From positions 64,492-128,491 of the forward strand of contig JAIYAZ010000075.1 in assembly GCA_027488755.1 (NCBI GenBank): a DNA stretch of 64,000 nt. Reading direction: 5' to 3'. The notes under the pieces are model-generated. The model had not been told where the DNA came from. It searched no databases and was given only the letters and a program-made list of their open reading frames with translations. Positions within the stretch are counted from its first letter, which is position 1, and each line of letters begins with the position of its first letter. A program made the position numbers and the translations under genes. Below are positions 22,063 through 31,148 of this stretch, one piece after another. This stretch comes from Verrucomicrobiaceae bacterium (GTDB taxonomy: Bacteria > Verrucomicrobiota > Verrucomicrobiia > Chthoniobacterales > JAATET01).

Positions 22063-23174
22063 GTCCCGGATTCGTTCAGAATGCGTTGGACGAAACCCGC
22101 GTGTTCCCGCGCCACCACCGACGTGGCGTAGCGGGCCGCGACGACCGCGCGCGCGGCCTCGCCGGCTTCCCGGCGACGCTCGGGATATTCCAGAAGATCG
22201 GTCAGCGCGACGTGCCACGCGGCGGATGAGTCGGCGAGCACCACCGCGCCCGGATCAGCCACATCCGCGACATCTCGATAGCTGGGCACCGGACTCGCCA
22301 CGGCCGGGAGGCCGACCGCCATACCGAGCGTGATCTTCCACTCCGTGTGCGAAAGATTGTAGGGCACGTCGAGAAAGCGGGGGGAAACAATCACTCCGCC
22401 GGCCGCGTAAAGATCGAGCAGCGCACGAACGCCCGTGAACCGGTGGCAGGTGTGCGGCACGCGGCGCAGGAACGCATCGACCCGGTCGCGAACTGCCTCG
22501 GGCCAGCGTTGGCGGGCGGCGTCGAGGTCATCCGTCACGAGGTGGAGATGAATGTGATCGGCCAGCGCCAGGAACGCCTCCTCGGCGGCGAGGAATTCAA
22601 ACACCTTGGCCGCCATGCCGCTCCACCACACCTGGAGCCGGCCATCGCGGAGTCCAGAGCCGGTTGGTTGCTTGGGGGCGAGCTGGAGGTTCACGTTATC
22701 GGGCACCCACGCGGCGTTGGGATTCACCTGGGCGCAGACCCGCGTAAGGTGGCGCGAGGAGGCGATCACCCCGTCGGCGAAATCCGTGATGCCAAGCGCC
22801 GCGGCTCGCTGGGCCGGCGTGGGGGCCATCACGTCCAGACTCACCTCGCCGGCGACGTGCGTGTAATAATCGACGTTGGCCTCGAAGATTACCTTCGTTC
22901 CCTGCGCGCGGAGGCGGCGGGCCAGGTCGAGGCACTGCGAGCCCATCGACTTCAGGAAAACCACCGCCGCATAGCGCCGCCCGGGCCGGTAGAGTTCGTA
23001 GCGCAATTCGGAAGACCCGGCCGCGAGCGCCTCGGCAATCCACCGGAAGCGCATGAAGCTCATTGGCGAAGCCGCATCATCCCAGCCGAACAGGAGCGCG
23101 GGCGGGCGCATGCCCCGCGCGAGCGAACTCCAAGCGGGCACGCGGCTGTTGATGATGAAGCCGATGCGTTTCAC
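22059..23174 (-). CDS. GT-B-fold glycosyltransferase-like protein (divergent)
   Basis: 371 aa. MKRIGFIINS..., C-terminal SPRFLDVPYNLSHTEWKITLGMAVGLPAVASPVPSY. GTG start in a GTGA overlap with the upstream stop. Confidence 0.55.
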   Translation of the reverse strand: MKRIGFIINSRVPAWSSLARGMRPPALLFGWDDAASPMSFMRFRWIAEALAAGSSELRYELYRPGRRYAAVVFLKSMGSQCLDLARRLRAQGTKVIFEANVDYYTHVAGEVSLDVMAPTPAQRAAALGITDFADGVIASSRHLTRVCAQVNPNAAWVPDNVNLQLAPKQPTGSGLRDGRLQVWWSGMAAKVFEFLAAEEAFLALADHIHLHLVTDDLDAARQRWPEAVRDRVDAFLRRVPHTCHRFTGVRALLDLYAAGGVIVSPRFLDVPYNLSHTEWKITLGMAVGLPAVASPVPSYRDVADVADPGAVVLADSSAAWHVALTDLLEYPERRREAGEAARAVVAARYATSVVAREHAGFVQRILNESGT

Positions 23175-23968
23175 GGACGCGTCGTCAAAAATGCCGCGAT
23201 GTCTTCACTTACGAGCGGACCGCGGGCGTATTTCTGCTCCTTCCAGTCGGGGGCTGTGGGGCCACCCAGCAAGGCCCGGAGCCGGGCAAGAAGCTTGGCA
23301 GGGGTGAGGGCGTGGCGGTCCATGATGTTGGCGCGCGGCGCGGAGGCGTCCGCGTCCCGGCTGGAGCGCGGCAGGAAGCAGAGGTGGAGGCAGCGGAAGT
23401 CCGCCTCGGCCCACGCGGTATTGTCTTGGAGGTTGTGGCGTTGCGAGGCGTCGTAGCCGGGGCGAAAGCGGATCTCCCCGCCGTGCAGGCGTTCCACAAT
23501 GCGACCGCTCCAGTTTTCGATGGCGGCGAAGTTGTAGAGCTTCGTCATGCTGCGACAGGGCGGGGCGAGATGGCCCTCGGCGAGCGTGGTGCCGGGCACG
23601 AAGCGGCGGACGTTCAGCACGTTGCCAAAGAGCACCCACCACGCGCGGAACTCGCCCGCCTCCAGTCGTCGGCGCAGCCGGACGAGGCCGGCCGCGTCGT
23701 AGATTTCGTCGCCATCGACGCCAAACACCCACGTGTCGGTGCCGGCGTAGCCCGCGATCATGCGATGCGACTCCCCCGAGTCGCGGCAGCGCCGCACCCG
23801 CAGGCGGGGGCCGAACTCCTGCGTCAGCCGACCGAGGATCGCGGTGGTCTCGTCGCTGGATTCGTGATCACAGACGAGAAACTCGTCGCAGACCCCGATG
23901 GCACTGCGAATCGCCCACTCCACGAAACGGTCTTCGTTTCGCACGAGCATTATGCCGACGATTTTCAC
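23171..23968 (-). CDS. Glycosyltransferase family 2-like (GT-A)
   Basis: VKIVGIMLVRNEDRFVEWAIRSAIGVCDEFLVCDHESSDETTAILGRL and FGVDGDEIYD. I prefer the GTG at 23968 (GTGA overlap with the upstream stop) over the track start at 24001. Confidence 0.7.
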   Translation of the reverse strand: MKIVGIMLVRNEDRFVEWAIRSAIGVCDEFLVCDHESSDETTAILGRLTQEFGPRLRVRRCRDSGESHRMIAGYAGTDTWVFGVDGDEIYDAAGLVRLRRRLEAGEFRAWWVLFGNVLNVRRFVPGTTLAEGHLAPPCRSMTKLYNFAAIENWSGRIVERLHGGEIRFRPGYDASQRHNLQDNTAWAEADFRCLHLCFLPRSSRDADASAPRANIMDRHALTPAKLLARLRALLGGPTAPDWKEQKYARGPLVSEDIAAFLTTRP

Positions 23969-24840
23969 GCGAACCGCATTTCCCGGAGCGCCGCGCTCCA
24001 TTCCGGGCGCTTGAGGAGGGAGAAGAGAAACAGGGCGTTCGGGTTGATCTCGCCCTTGCGCATGAGGCCGCTCCAGATGAGCGGGTAGGGCCCGTGGTAG
24101 TAATGGTGGGCGCCGAGGAGACGGTCGTCCACGGCCGCGCGGGCGGTCTCGCCGGCAAACTTTCGGACCGCGTAACGATAGAGATCCGTCGCGCTCTTGA
24201 ACGCATCGAGCCCGGCGGGAACAGGCGTGGCGGCGTGCGAACGCCCCTCGATACGGTAGCTGTGCGCGGTGAGCGTTTCGGGCAGGCCCGCTTCGGCCGA
24301 ACCGCCGCGGCGCTCAAAGGCCCAGGGATTCTGCTCGCTTTCGGGGAGCCAGGCGATGAGGCGGTCGAGCAGTTCGCGCAGGGCGTCGAGCCGCCAGAGC
24401 GCGGGGTGCAAGGGATATTTCCAGAGGGTGTCCGGCCGGCAGCGGTCGAGTTCCCAGCCCCGGGATTTCACGATGGCGCCGTGGATTTTTCGGCCCTGGC
24501 CGTAGCCGGAGAGCGCGATGCTTACGGCGCCGAGTTCGCGCATGAGGGCGGGGAGGGCGGCGTTGAGATTCTCGGCGTGGCAGGGCCCGAGTGGCGGATG
24601 GTCCTCGAGCAGCAGGTAGGCCTGCCCGAATCCCTCGGCGAGCAGGTCGTCGCAGGCGGAGCGCGTCACGCGCATCCAGTTGCAGGGATCGTCGCGCAGC
24701 GGTAGGGCGAGCGGGTCTCCGCCGATGCCGGCGAGGCGCAGGGGCAGGGCGTCGGGCCAGAATTCCCGCAGGCGGGCCCGCGTGAAGTCCGTGAGGGGCC
24801 GGTAGCGTTCGCAGGTGGAGAGGAGGATGCAGGTGTTCAC
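23965..24840 (-). CDS. Hypothetical protein (291 aa), no motif recognised
   Basis: Complete ORF that is translationally coupled at both ends. Begins MNTCILLSTCERYRPLTDF and contains YLLLEDHPPLGP. It sits between GT genes. Confidence 0.55.
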   Translation of the reverse strand: MNTCILLSTCERYRPLTDFTRARLREFWPDALPLRLAGIGGDPLALPLRDDPCNWMRVTRSACDDLLAEGFGQAYLLLEDHPPLGPCHAENLNAALPALMRELGAVSIALSGYGQGRKIHGAIVKSRGWELDRCRPDTLWKYPLHPALWRLDALRELLDRLIAWLPESEQNPWAFERRGGSAEAGLPETLTAHSYRIEGRSHAATPVPAGLDAFKSATDLYRYAVRKFAGETARAAVDDRLLGAHHYYHGPYPLIWSGLMRKGEINPNALFLFSLLKRPEWSAALREMRFA

Positions 24841-25817
24841 AGGCGACCGGATTCGACGGCGAGACGCTGAATGGTATCGGCGAAATCAAGCACCATGCGC
24901 TCGCCGGAGGGTAGGCGGTCCAGCAGGCGGTGACGGAGGTCGCCGAGCCGATCGGCGGCTTTGCGGATGGCCCCCGCGACGTCGTCGCGAAAGCCGATGC
25001 CGTAGCGCTGGCCGGCCTCGACGATGCCGCCGCCGTCCTCGTGATAAACGAGCGGCAGCCCGCACTGGGCACCCTCGACGTGGTGCATGCCGCAGGGCTC
25101 CCAGCGGGAGGCGGTGAGGTAGAGGTGGCACTCGCGGAGCTTTGCGGCGAGCGGCCCACCGGTCATGGGGCCGAAGGTTTCGGTGGCTTTCCAGCGGATC
25201 TCTTTCGGCCAGCGACCGATCACGCGCAGGCTGATACCGGGCAATTCGCCGGCCGCAATAAGCTCATCGACCTGCTGGTAAATATCGTAGCCCTTGAGCC
25301 AGTTGTCGGACCAATGGTGCGTGACGAGGCGCACGGTCTCCCCCGGGCCGGGCAGGTGATTACCGAGGGGGTGAAACACGCGGGGATCCGCGCCGTTGTA
25401 GATCACCTGATGCGGCAGGCTGGCGTCGAACCAACGGGCGGCAAAGTAGTCGCGCAGCCACTCGGAGATGAACACGGTGTGATCGGCAAGGGCGTTCGTC
25501 CTGCTCAGCAGGTCGTCGATGTCGTTGGTGCCCTTGCGTTGATCGCATTCGTTGACACGGTGGAGGATGGGCACCTGCGGATGCCGTTCGCGAAATCGCT
25601 CCAAGTCGGCGAGGCCGAATTTTTTCGCGGGGTGATCGCGGCGCGGGTCGATCACGAGAATGACGTCGGGATCGTGCTTGAGGTCGAAGGTCACGCGCCA
25701 CCCGCGCCGCCACATGCAGTCGGCGAGCTGGGAGACAAAGTGCCCCGCCCCGCCCCACGAGGAGCGGGGCGGCAGGAGGCTGATGGCGAGCGTGGGTTTG
25801 CGGCGGAAAAGAGACAT
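24837..25817 (-). CDS. Glycosyltransferase, GT-B fold (GT4-like)
   Basis: Internal ATG (aa 32): MSLFRRKPTLAISLLPPRSSWGGAGHF. C-terminal YLTASRWEPCGMHHVEGAQCGLPLVYHEDGGGIVE. Confidence 0.75.
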   Translation of the reverse strand: MSLFRRKPTLAISLLPPRSSWGGAGHFVSQLADCMWRRGWRVTFDLKHDPDVILVIDPRRDHPAKKFGLADLERFRERHPQVPILHRVNECDQRKGTNDIDDLLSRTNALADHTVFISEWLRDYFAARWFDASLPHQVIYNGADPRVFHPLGNHLPGPGETVRLVTHHWSDNWLKGYDIYQQVDELIAAGELPGISLRVIGRWPKEIRWKATETFGPMTGGPLAAKLRECHLYLTASRWEPCGMHHVEGAQCGLPLVYHEDGGGIVEAGQRYGIGFRDDVAGAIRKAADRLGDLRHRLLDRLPSGERMVLDFADTIQRLAVESGRL

Positions 25818-25824
25818 GAAAAAA

Positions 25825-26907
25825 TCAGGATTCGGGGAGGGCGCAGACGGCCGTGAGGCGGCGGGCAAAATCGGCAATATTCCCGTGGCGCATCGCGGCC
25901 TCGCGGGCACAGCGACCGATGGACTCGCGGCGGGCGGGGTCGGCGAGGAGACCGTCCAAGGCGCGGCGCAGATCGCCGGGTGAACCGGGCTCGACGAGCA
26001 GAAGGTCGCGCCCGTCGACGATGCCGTCGCCGGTCCACAGGCCGCGCGTGCGGGAAAGGATCACGGGCCGCCCGCAGGCCATCGCCTGGAGCGCGACGCT
26101 TTGACCGGAGGGCTGCAGGGAGTCCTCCAGCGGGACGATCACCGCGAGGGCGCCGCGGTAGAGGTCGCGGAGTTCCTCGTCGGTGACGACCGGGGCATGC
26201 CACGAACCGCGGAGATTTTCGACGTGGGCGGGCAACTCGGGCAGCGGCCGCCGGGTGAGGATGCGGGTGCGGACCGGGGGCGAGGTGACCGCGCGGACGA
26301 GCGTGGCGTAGTCGCGGCGTCCATCGTTACCGACGCTGAGCACATAGTCCCCGGGCGGGGTGGAGCCGGGGGTCCAGAAGTCGACGTCCACGCCGTAGGC
26401 ATTCGCGTGGACGCGCGGGGCGGGAACCCCGCAGGTCTGCACGGTGGCCTCGCGCTCCGATTCGGCGAAGAGCACGACTTGCTGCCGCGCCATCGCGGCG
26501 GCGGTGGCCTGTTGGCGCGCGCCGGCGAGCGGAAAGTTCACGTGTCCACAATGAATGCCGACGAGGCGGGCGCGCACGCGGCCGAGGGATTTCCACCACG
26601 CGAGGGCGTTGGCGTGCGAGGTGGATGCGGCTACGACGACGTCGCGATCCCGAAGGCGGGCGAGCACGCGCCGGGTGGCGGCGATGTGCTCGCCGCGGGT
26701 GCGCACGGGCGTTTGCCGGTCGCGCAGGAGGTTGTAGAGCGCGGCGAGTGGGGAGCGGCGGGGATCCGGCGCGTCGAGGCAGATCACGTCGTGGCCGGCG
26801 CGAGCCATTTCCACGGCGCCGTAGAAAAAGTCCGAAGGACCCTTTCCTTCGCGGGCCTCCTTCCAGCGGGCTTCGCGGCCGCCGGCAAAAACAAACGCGA
26901 CCTTCAC
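25825..26907 (-). CDS. Glycosyltransferase, GT-B fold (GT4-like)
   Basis: 360 aa. MKVAFVFAGGREARW..., C-terminal VIVPLEDSLQPSGQSVALQAMACGRPVILSRTRGLW. Confidence 0.75.
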   Translation of the reverse strand: MKVAFVFAGGREARWKEAREGKGPSDFFYGAVEMARAGHDVICLDAPDPRRSPLAALYNLLRDRQTPVRTRGEHIAATRRVLARLRDRDVVVAASTSHANALAWWKSLGRVRARLVGIHCGHVNFPLAGARQQATAAAMARQQVVLFAESEREATVQTCGVPAPRVHANAYGVDVDFWTPGSTPPGDYVLSVGNDGRRDYATLVRAVTSPPVRTRILTRRPLPELPAHVENLRGSWHAPVVTDEELRDLYRGALAVIVPLEDSLQPSGQSVALQAMACGRPVILSRTRGLWTGDGIVDGRDLLLVEPGSPGDLRRALDGLLADPARRESIGRCAREAAMRHGNIADFARRLTAVCALPES

Positions 26908-27752
26908 GCGCCAAAGATCCGGCGTTTCCAGGGCCGGAGCACGCGCTCAGCCCAGATCACGGGGGCCAGCAGGGCGGTGAAGAGCCCCCCGACCCAGCGG
27001 CCCGGGCGCGAGAGGATCGCAAAATGCGCGGACGAAAACTGCAGCACGCTGGGCAGAAACAGGCGGATGCGGTGGCTGGCATTCACCCAGCGGGCGAGTT
27101 CCTCCATGTCGGGACCGCGGCCGTGAATGATGCGCACCTGGCAGCGCCCGACGGCGGCCGGCATGACGGTGCGGAGATTGTATTCCGGCGGGAGCACGTA
27201 GACCGGGAGCGCGGAGCGGTAGAGGGCCTCGCGGAAGGCGGGCTGGTCGCTGTCCATGCGGCCGGTGGCGGCGACCTCCTCCTCGTAAAGCCGGAGCCAG
27301 TCCTGGAAGAGCGCGATCATTGCGGGGCTGCGGCGATAGGCGAGCACGCCAGTGTTGAGCTCGGCGAAGCAGTTGGGCGTGACGAACGGCCGGTCGTGCC
27401 GGTAGGGCGCGTGCGCGGCGGCGAGCTCAAAGCGGTCGAGCAGGGTGAAGAGATCGTCGAAGGGGGCGCAGGCGAGGGTGTCGGTATCGAGAAAGATCGT
27501 GCGCTCGAACGGCGTCTCGCAGAGCGGAGCGATCTTGTCGATGAAGCTGTGGCGCGGGTTTTCGATGCGCCGGACTTCGTCGAAGACTCCGGCGGGGAGG
27601 TCGGTCTGGTCGGTGTAAAGGACGATGGGCACGCCCGGCAGGTGGCGGCGCACCGAACGGGCGGAGATGAGCATTTCGCCGAGATGGCGACGCCCGGTCG
27701 CGATGTAAAGGATGCCGCGGGAGCGGTCAGCCGCTGGGAGGGCGGAACTCAA
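26904..27752 (-). CDS. Nucleotide-diphospho-sugar transferase-like protein (GT-A, GT8-like)
   Basis: GILYIATGRRHLGEMLISARSVRRHLPGVPIVLYTD and the DXD context RTIFLDTDTLACAPFDDLF. Confidence 0.55.
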   Translation of the reverse strand: MSSALPAADRSRGILYIATGRRHLGEMLISARSVRRHLPGVPIVLYTDQTDLPAGVFDEVRRIENPRHSFIDKIAPLCETPFERTIFLDTDTLACAPFDDLFTLLDRFELAAAHAPYRHDRPFVTPNCFAELNTGVLAYRRSPAMIALFQDWLRLYEEEVAATGRMDSDQPAFREALYRSALPVYVLPPEYNLRTVMPAAVGRCQVRIIHGRGPDMEELARWVNASHRIRLFLPSVLQFSSAHFAILSRPGRWVGGLFTALLAPVIWAERVLRPWKRRIFGA

Positions 27753-28432
27753 GTCGAGCGCACGATCGAGGCCAGCTCACGGCGGGAACGGGCCGCCTCG
27801 AGGATGGCGTCGAGCAGGGTGCTGGTTTTGACGCCGTGGAAGGCGTAGGCGCCACCGGCGGCGAGGGAGACCGCGCGGATGCATTCCCACCAAGAGCGGA
27901 TGGTGTTGCGGGAGTAGCCTTCGTTGGCGCCCTGGAGGTCGAACACGGGGAGTTCGAGGCGACTGGACTGCGCGCTGAGCCAGCGGTCGACATAGCCTTC
28001 CTCGAAAGGATCGAGGGTCGCCTCCTCGGCGAAGCGGCGGAGCGTTTCGGCGTCCATGATCCACGGGAAGTGGTAGAACCAACGGGACGCGAAGCCGCTG
28101 GGGGCCTGGTCGGCAAAGGCGCAGACCTGGAGGCCCGGGCGTGGACGAGGGCGGGAGATGAGGAAGGAATCGTATTCCAGAAACACGTAGTAGTCCGCAT
28201 CGACCTGCAGGCTTTGCTGCATGCCGAAGAGCTGGCGACGGAGCGTGGGTTCGCCCGCCTTGCCGGAGGCTCCGAGGTGCAGGGAGCGGACGCCCTCAAG
28301 GGTCATCGGGCTGTCGCTCGGCGAGACGAGCAGAAGCTCATCGGTGTGGGCGCGCCAGATGGGCAGGTGGCGACGCGCGATGCCGGTGCCCCCGGCGTAT
28401 CCGAATACTGTCGTGCAGACTTTCATGATCAA
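27749..28432 (-). CDS. Hypothetical protein (227 aa), possible GT-A-like
   Basis: Complete coupled ORF. Its only recognisable element is the acidic motif DADYYVFLEYDSFL. Confidence 0.45.
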   Translation of the reverse strand: MIMKVCTTVFGYAGGTGIARRHLPIWRAHTDELLLVSPSDSPMTLEGVRSLHLGASGKAGEPTLRRQLFGMQQSLQVDADYYVFLEYDSFLISRPRPRPGLQVCAFADQAPSGFASRWFYHFPWIMDAETLRRFAEEATLDPFEEGYVDRWLSAQSSRLELPVFDLQGANEGYSRNTIRSWWECIRAVSLAAGGAYAFHGVKTSTLLDAILEAARSRRELASIVRST

Positions 28433-28497
28433 TCGTTCCCGTAGCGGGTAGCGGATTTCCGGGCGGCGTTCAACGCCGCGTTTCCCGGAGGGCGGCC

Positions 28498-29139
28498 TCA
28501 GGCGGCGGCGGGAGGGGTGGCGGTGAGCGGGCGGAGGCGTTCGATGTGCTGGTGGCGCGGCATGAGGTCGATGGGTTTCATGACGCGGTTGCAGTAGTGG
28601 ACGGTCGGGGCGGTTTCCCAGCCGGGCACGAGATACTCCACGCAGGCGCTGAGCTGCTGAAACTCAGATTCATGCTCCTTGAGGATGAGCATGTCGGAGG
28701 TGTGGGCGCGCGGGAAGAAGCGTTCGAGCCAGCCGACCTTTTGCTCGGCGAACCAGCGGACGGCCCGCATGAACTCGGTCTGCGTGCCGCTGACGAGGCA
28801 GGGCACATAGCGGTCGTAGGTGGTAAGCGGGCCGGGCTCGTGCGGCTGGAAGGAGTAGTTGATCACGTCGTAGTCGGACATGAAGCCGCCGCCCTGCTGG
28901 GCCACGGCGACCCAGCGCAGGTAGCACCAGTAGTCGAGGTTGAGGCGGTTGATGCTGGGAAGTTTTTTGAACTTCTCGACCATGGCATTGATCTCGTCGT
29001 CGAAGGTGAGCGACTCGTAGCCGAGCACAACGGGCTCCCAACCCTGGGCCTCCCAGGAACGCTGCCAGAGGGCAATCAGCTCCCGCTCCTCGCGTTCGCG
29101 TTTACCTTCAACGGGGGAATAGAATGTAAAGACCTTCAT
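28498..29139 (-). CDS. Hypothetical protein (213 aa), GT32/Och1-like DXD motif
   Basis: LDYWCYLRWVAVAQQGGGFMSDYDVINY resembles the YxxL..GG.Y.DxD motif of GT32-type transferases. GC content looks slightly lower than its neighbours by eye. Confidence 0.45.
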   Translation of the reverse strand: MKVFTFYSPVEGKREREERELIALWQRSWEAQGWEPVVLGYESLTFDDEINAMVEKFKKLPSINRLNLDYWCYLRWVAVAQQGGGFMSDYDVINYSFQPHEPGPLTTYDRYVPCLVSGTQTEFMRAVRWFAEQKVGWLERFFPRAHTSDMLILKEHESEFQQLSACVEYLVPGWETAPTVHYCNRVMKPIDLMPRHQHIERLRPLTATPPAAA

Positions 29140-29354
29140 GCCTGAGTGGACTGGATGGATTCTTGGCGGCGCGGCGGCGTCGGGGAGGATTTCGCACGGT
29201 GCCAGGCACCGATTGAGTGAACCAAAAGGCCAATTTTTGGGTCACGGATGATTCCCTCCCGGGTGACGGATGCCGGCCAGGGGATCGGGGTTTCGTCGGG
29301 GGAAATTATGCATGCCGCGCGGGGCGAGGCAACGGGCGAATTCACCGGCTTCAT
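29136..29354 (-). CDS. Possible small coupled ORF (72 aa) filling the 210-nt gap
   Basis: Its ATG overlaps the upstream GT2 stop (ATGA) and its TGA overlaps the downstream ATG (ATGA). The sequence is Pro-rich and not hydrophobic. Third-position GC is lower than in neighbouring genes, so coding status is uncertain. Confidence 0.3.
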   Translation of the reverse strand: MKPVNSPVASPRAACIISPDETPIPWPASVTREGIIRDPKIGLLVHSIGAWHRAKSSPTPPRRQESIQSTQA

Positions 29355-30190
29355 CCGCGGGAGGACTCCCCGGGCCAGCCGACGACCATGATGGTGCCGG
29401 CGGGAAAAATCCGGAACAGAACGCCGTCCACCAACCGCCGCACCAGGGGGCCGCCCCGGCGGGTGGCGCGGCGGATTTGGTAGGCGAGGTGATTCGCGTC
29501 GAACCAGCCGTGGCGCGCCCGGCCGATCCGCGCGATTTCAGCAAAACGCTCCCAGCCGCCCGTCTCGGACTTGGTCTGGGGATAGCAGCGAAGGGCCGCG
29601 AGGTCGTGGGGAACCATGACGACGGGTCCACGTTCAGCGAGGCGGAGGACCAGTTCCCAGTCCATGGCGTAGGCGAGATTTTCATCGAGCGCGCCGGCGG
29701 CGAGCGCCGTCTCGCGATGAAAAAACATGGCGGGCTGCAAAATGTAAAAGGCGCCGCGCAACCGGCGAACGTCGAAGGGCCGGGGGGCGACCCGCTTGAG
29801 GAGCGTGCCGTCGACGTCGATCTTGCGGCCGCCGCCGTAGACGAGAACGGCGTCGGGATTGTCCTGCAGGGCGGCGGTGACCCGCAGGAGCGCGTCGGGG
29901 AGCAGCTCGTCGTCGGAGTTCAGCCAGCCGGTGTAATCGCCGCGGGCGAGACGCAGCCCCTTGTTGATGGCGTCGCTCTGGCCGCGGTCGGGCTCGCGGA
30001 TGACGCGCAGCCAGGGCAGATGGGCGTAACGGGCGAGGATGTCGGGCGTTGCGTCGGTGGACATCGCGTCGAACACGATCCACTCGAAGGGCGGCGGGTC
30101 CTGCGCGCAGACGCTCGCGATGGTGCGCTCGATGAAGGCGGCCTGGTTCCGCGTGGGCGTGATCAGGCTGATGGTCGGCGCGCCGCTCAA
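29351..30190 (-). CDS. Glycosyltransferase family 2 (paralogue 1 of 3)
   Basis: ISLITPTRNQAAFIERTIASVCAQ...WIVFDAMSTDAT...DRGQSDAINKGLRLARGDYTGWLNSDDELLP. I prefer the TTG at 30190 (TTGA overlap). The track start at 30319 would overlap the upstream gene by 130 nt. Confidence 0.75.
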   Translation of the reverse strand: MSGAPTISLITPTRNQAAFIERTIASVCAQDPPPFEWIVFDAMSTDATPDILARYAHLPWLRVIREPDRGQSDAINKGLRLARGDYTGWLNSDDELLPDALLRVTAALQDNPDAVLVYGGGRKIDVDGTLLKRVAPRPFDVRRLRGAFYILQPAMFFHRETALAAGALDENLAYAMDWELVLRLAERGPVVMVPHDLAALRCYPQTKSETGGWERFAEIARIGRARHGWFDANHLAYQIRRATRRGGPLVRRLVDGVLFRIFPAGTIMVVGWPGESSRG

Positions 30191-31122
30191 AACCGGGTGG
30201 ATCGAATGCCCAACTGCAGGAGCAGACTGCTGACCTGCGACTTGATTTGCTCGCTGGAGTAGATGCGGGCCATGCGCTGGCGGAGCTTGGGATCGGCGTC
30301 CATGTTCGGCCGCAGCCAACCCATTTCCTTGCGCCCGAGGTCGGCGGCTTTCGCGGAGGTTTTCTGGTCCTGGTGAACGCGGAAGCAGCCGAGGAAGGTG
30401 GGCACGCGCACGATGGAGGCACCGGCGTCCTGGAAGCGCTGGAGGAGATCCCAGTCCAGGGCGAAGTGGAAATCGACATTGAGGGAGGCACCGACTTTTT
30501 CCCAGATGCGCCGCCGCCAGAAGAGAGTCTCCTGCGGGACAAAGTCGAAGAACTTGAGCGCTTCGCGGTCGTAGGGCGGGGTGATCCAGCGGCCGATCTC
30601 GCGGTCATCCTCGTTGATGAGGATGCGATGGCCGTAGATGGCATCAACGTCCGGGTGGGTGGCGAAATAGCTGCCGACAAAAAGCAGGGTGCGCGGGAGC
30701 AGGATGTCGTCGGAGTTCAGCCAGGCCATAATGTCTCCGTCGACCATGCCGAACCCCTTGTTGATGGCGTCGCTCTGGCCGCGGTCCTTTTCGGAAATCC
30801 AGCGCAGATCGTATTCGCGGCTGAGGTCGCGCAGCGTGTCGGGCGTGCCGTCGGTCGAGCCGCCATCCACGACCACGTAACGAAGCGCGGGATAGGCCTG
30901 GTCGAGCACGCTCTGAATCGTGCGGCGGATGAACCGGGACTGGTTGAAGCTCGGCGTGACGATGGCGATGGACGGATAGCGCCCGCTGAAGTGCTGCGGG
31001 TCGAGCGTGTCGACGCGGAGCTCGCGTGGCGGGTATTGGCGCAGGTTGCCAATGCGGGTGGGAATCGCGTTGAGGGCATTCTGAAACGAATGACCGAGGA
31101 GATCGCGCAGGGATCGAGACAT
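30187..31122 (-). CDS. Glycosyltransferase family 2 (paralogue 2 of 3)
   Basis: Internal ATG gives 311 aa: SIAIVTPSFNQSRFIRRTIQSVLDQAYPALRYVVVDGGSTDGT...DRGQSDAINKGFGMVDGDIMAWLNSDD...FFDFVPQETLFWRR...FALDWDLL. Confidence 0.85.
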   Translation of the reverse strand: MSRSLRDLLGHSFQNALNAIPTRIGNLRQYPPRELRVDTLDPQHFSGRYPSIAIVTPSFNQSRFIRRTIQSVLDQAYPALRYVVVDGGSTDGTPDTLRDLSREYDLRWISEKDRGQSDAINKGFGMVDGDIMAWLNSDDILLPRTLLFVGSYFATHPDVDAIYGHRILINEDDREIGRWITPPYDREALKFFDFVPQETLFWRRRIWEKVGASLNVDFHFALDWDLLQRFQDAGASIVRVPTFLGCFRVHQDQKTSAKAADLGRKEMGWLRPNMDADPKLRQRMARIYSSEQIKSQVSSLLLQLGIRSTRF

Positions 31123-31148
31123 GGTTTTGGTGGCGGGTTCGGCGCGGT

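Noticed and set aside
28498-29350. Locally lower GC around the 213-aa gene and the following spacer, considered as a horizontally acquired insert.
   Set aside because: The dip is mild in rough manual counts of a few lines. The genes keep the same orientation and coupling geometry as their neighbours, and no mobility genes or flanking repeats are present.
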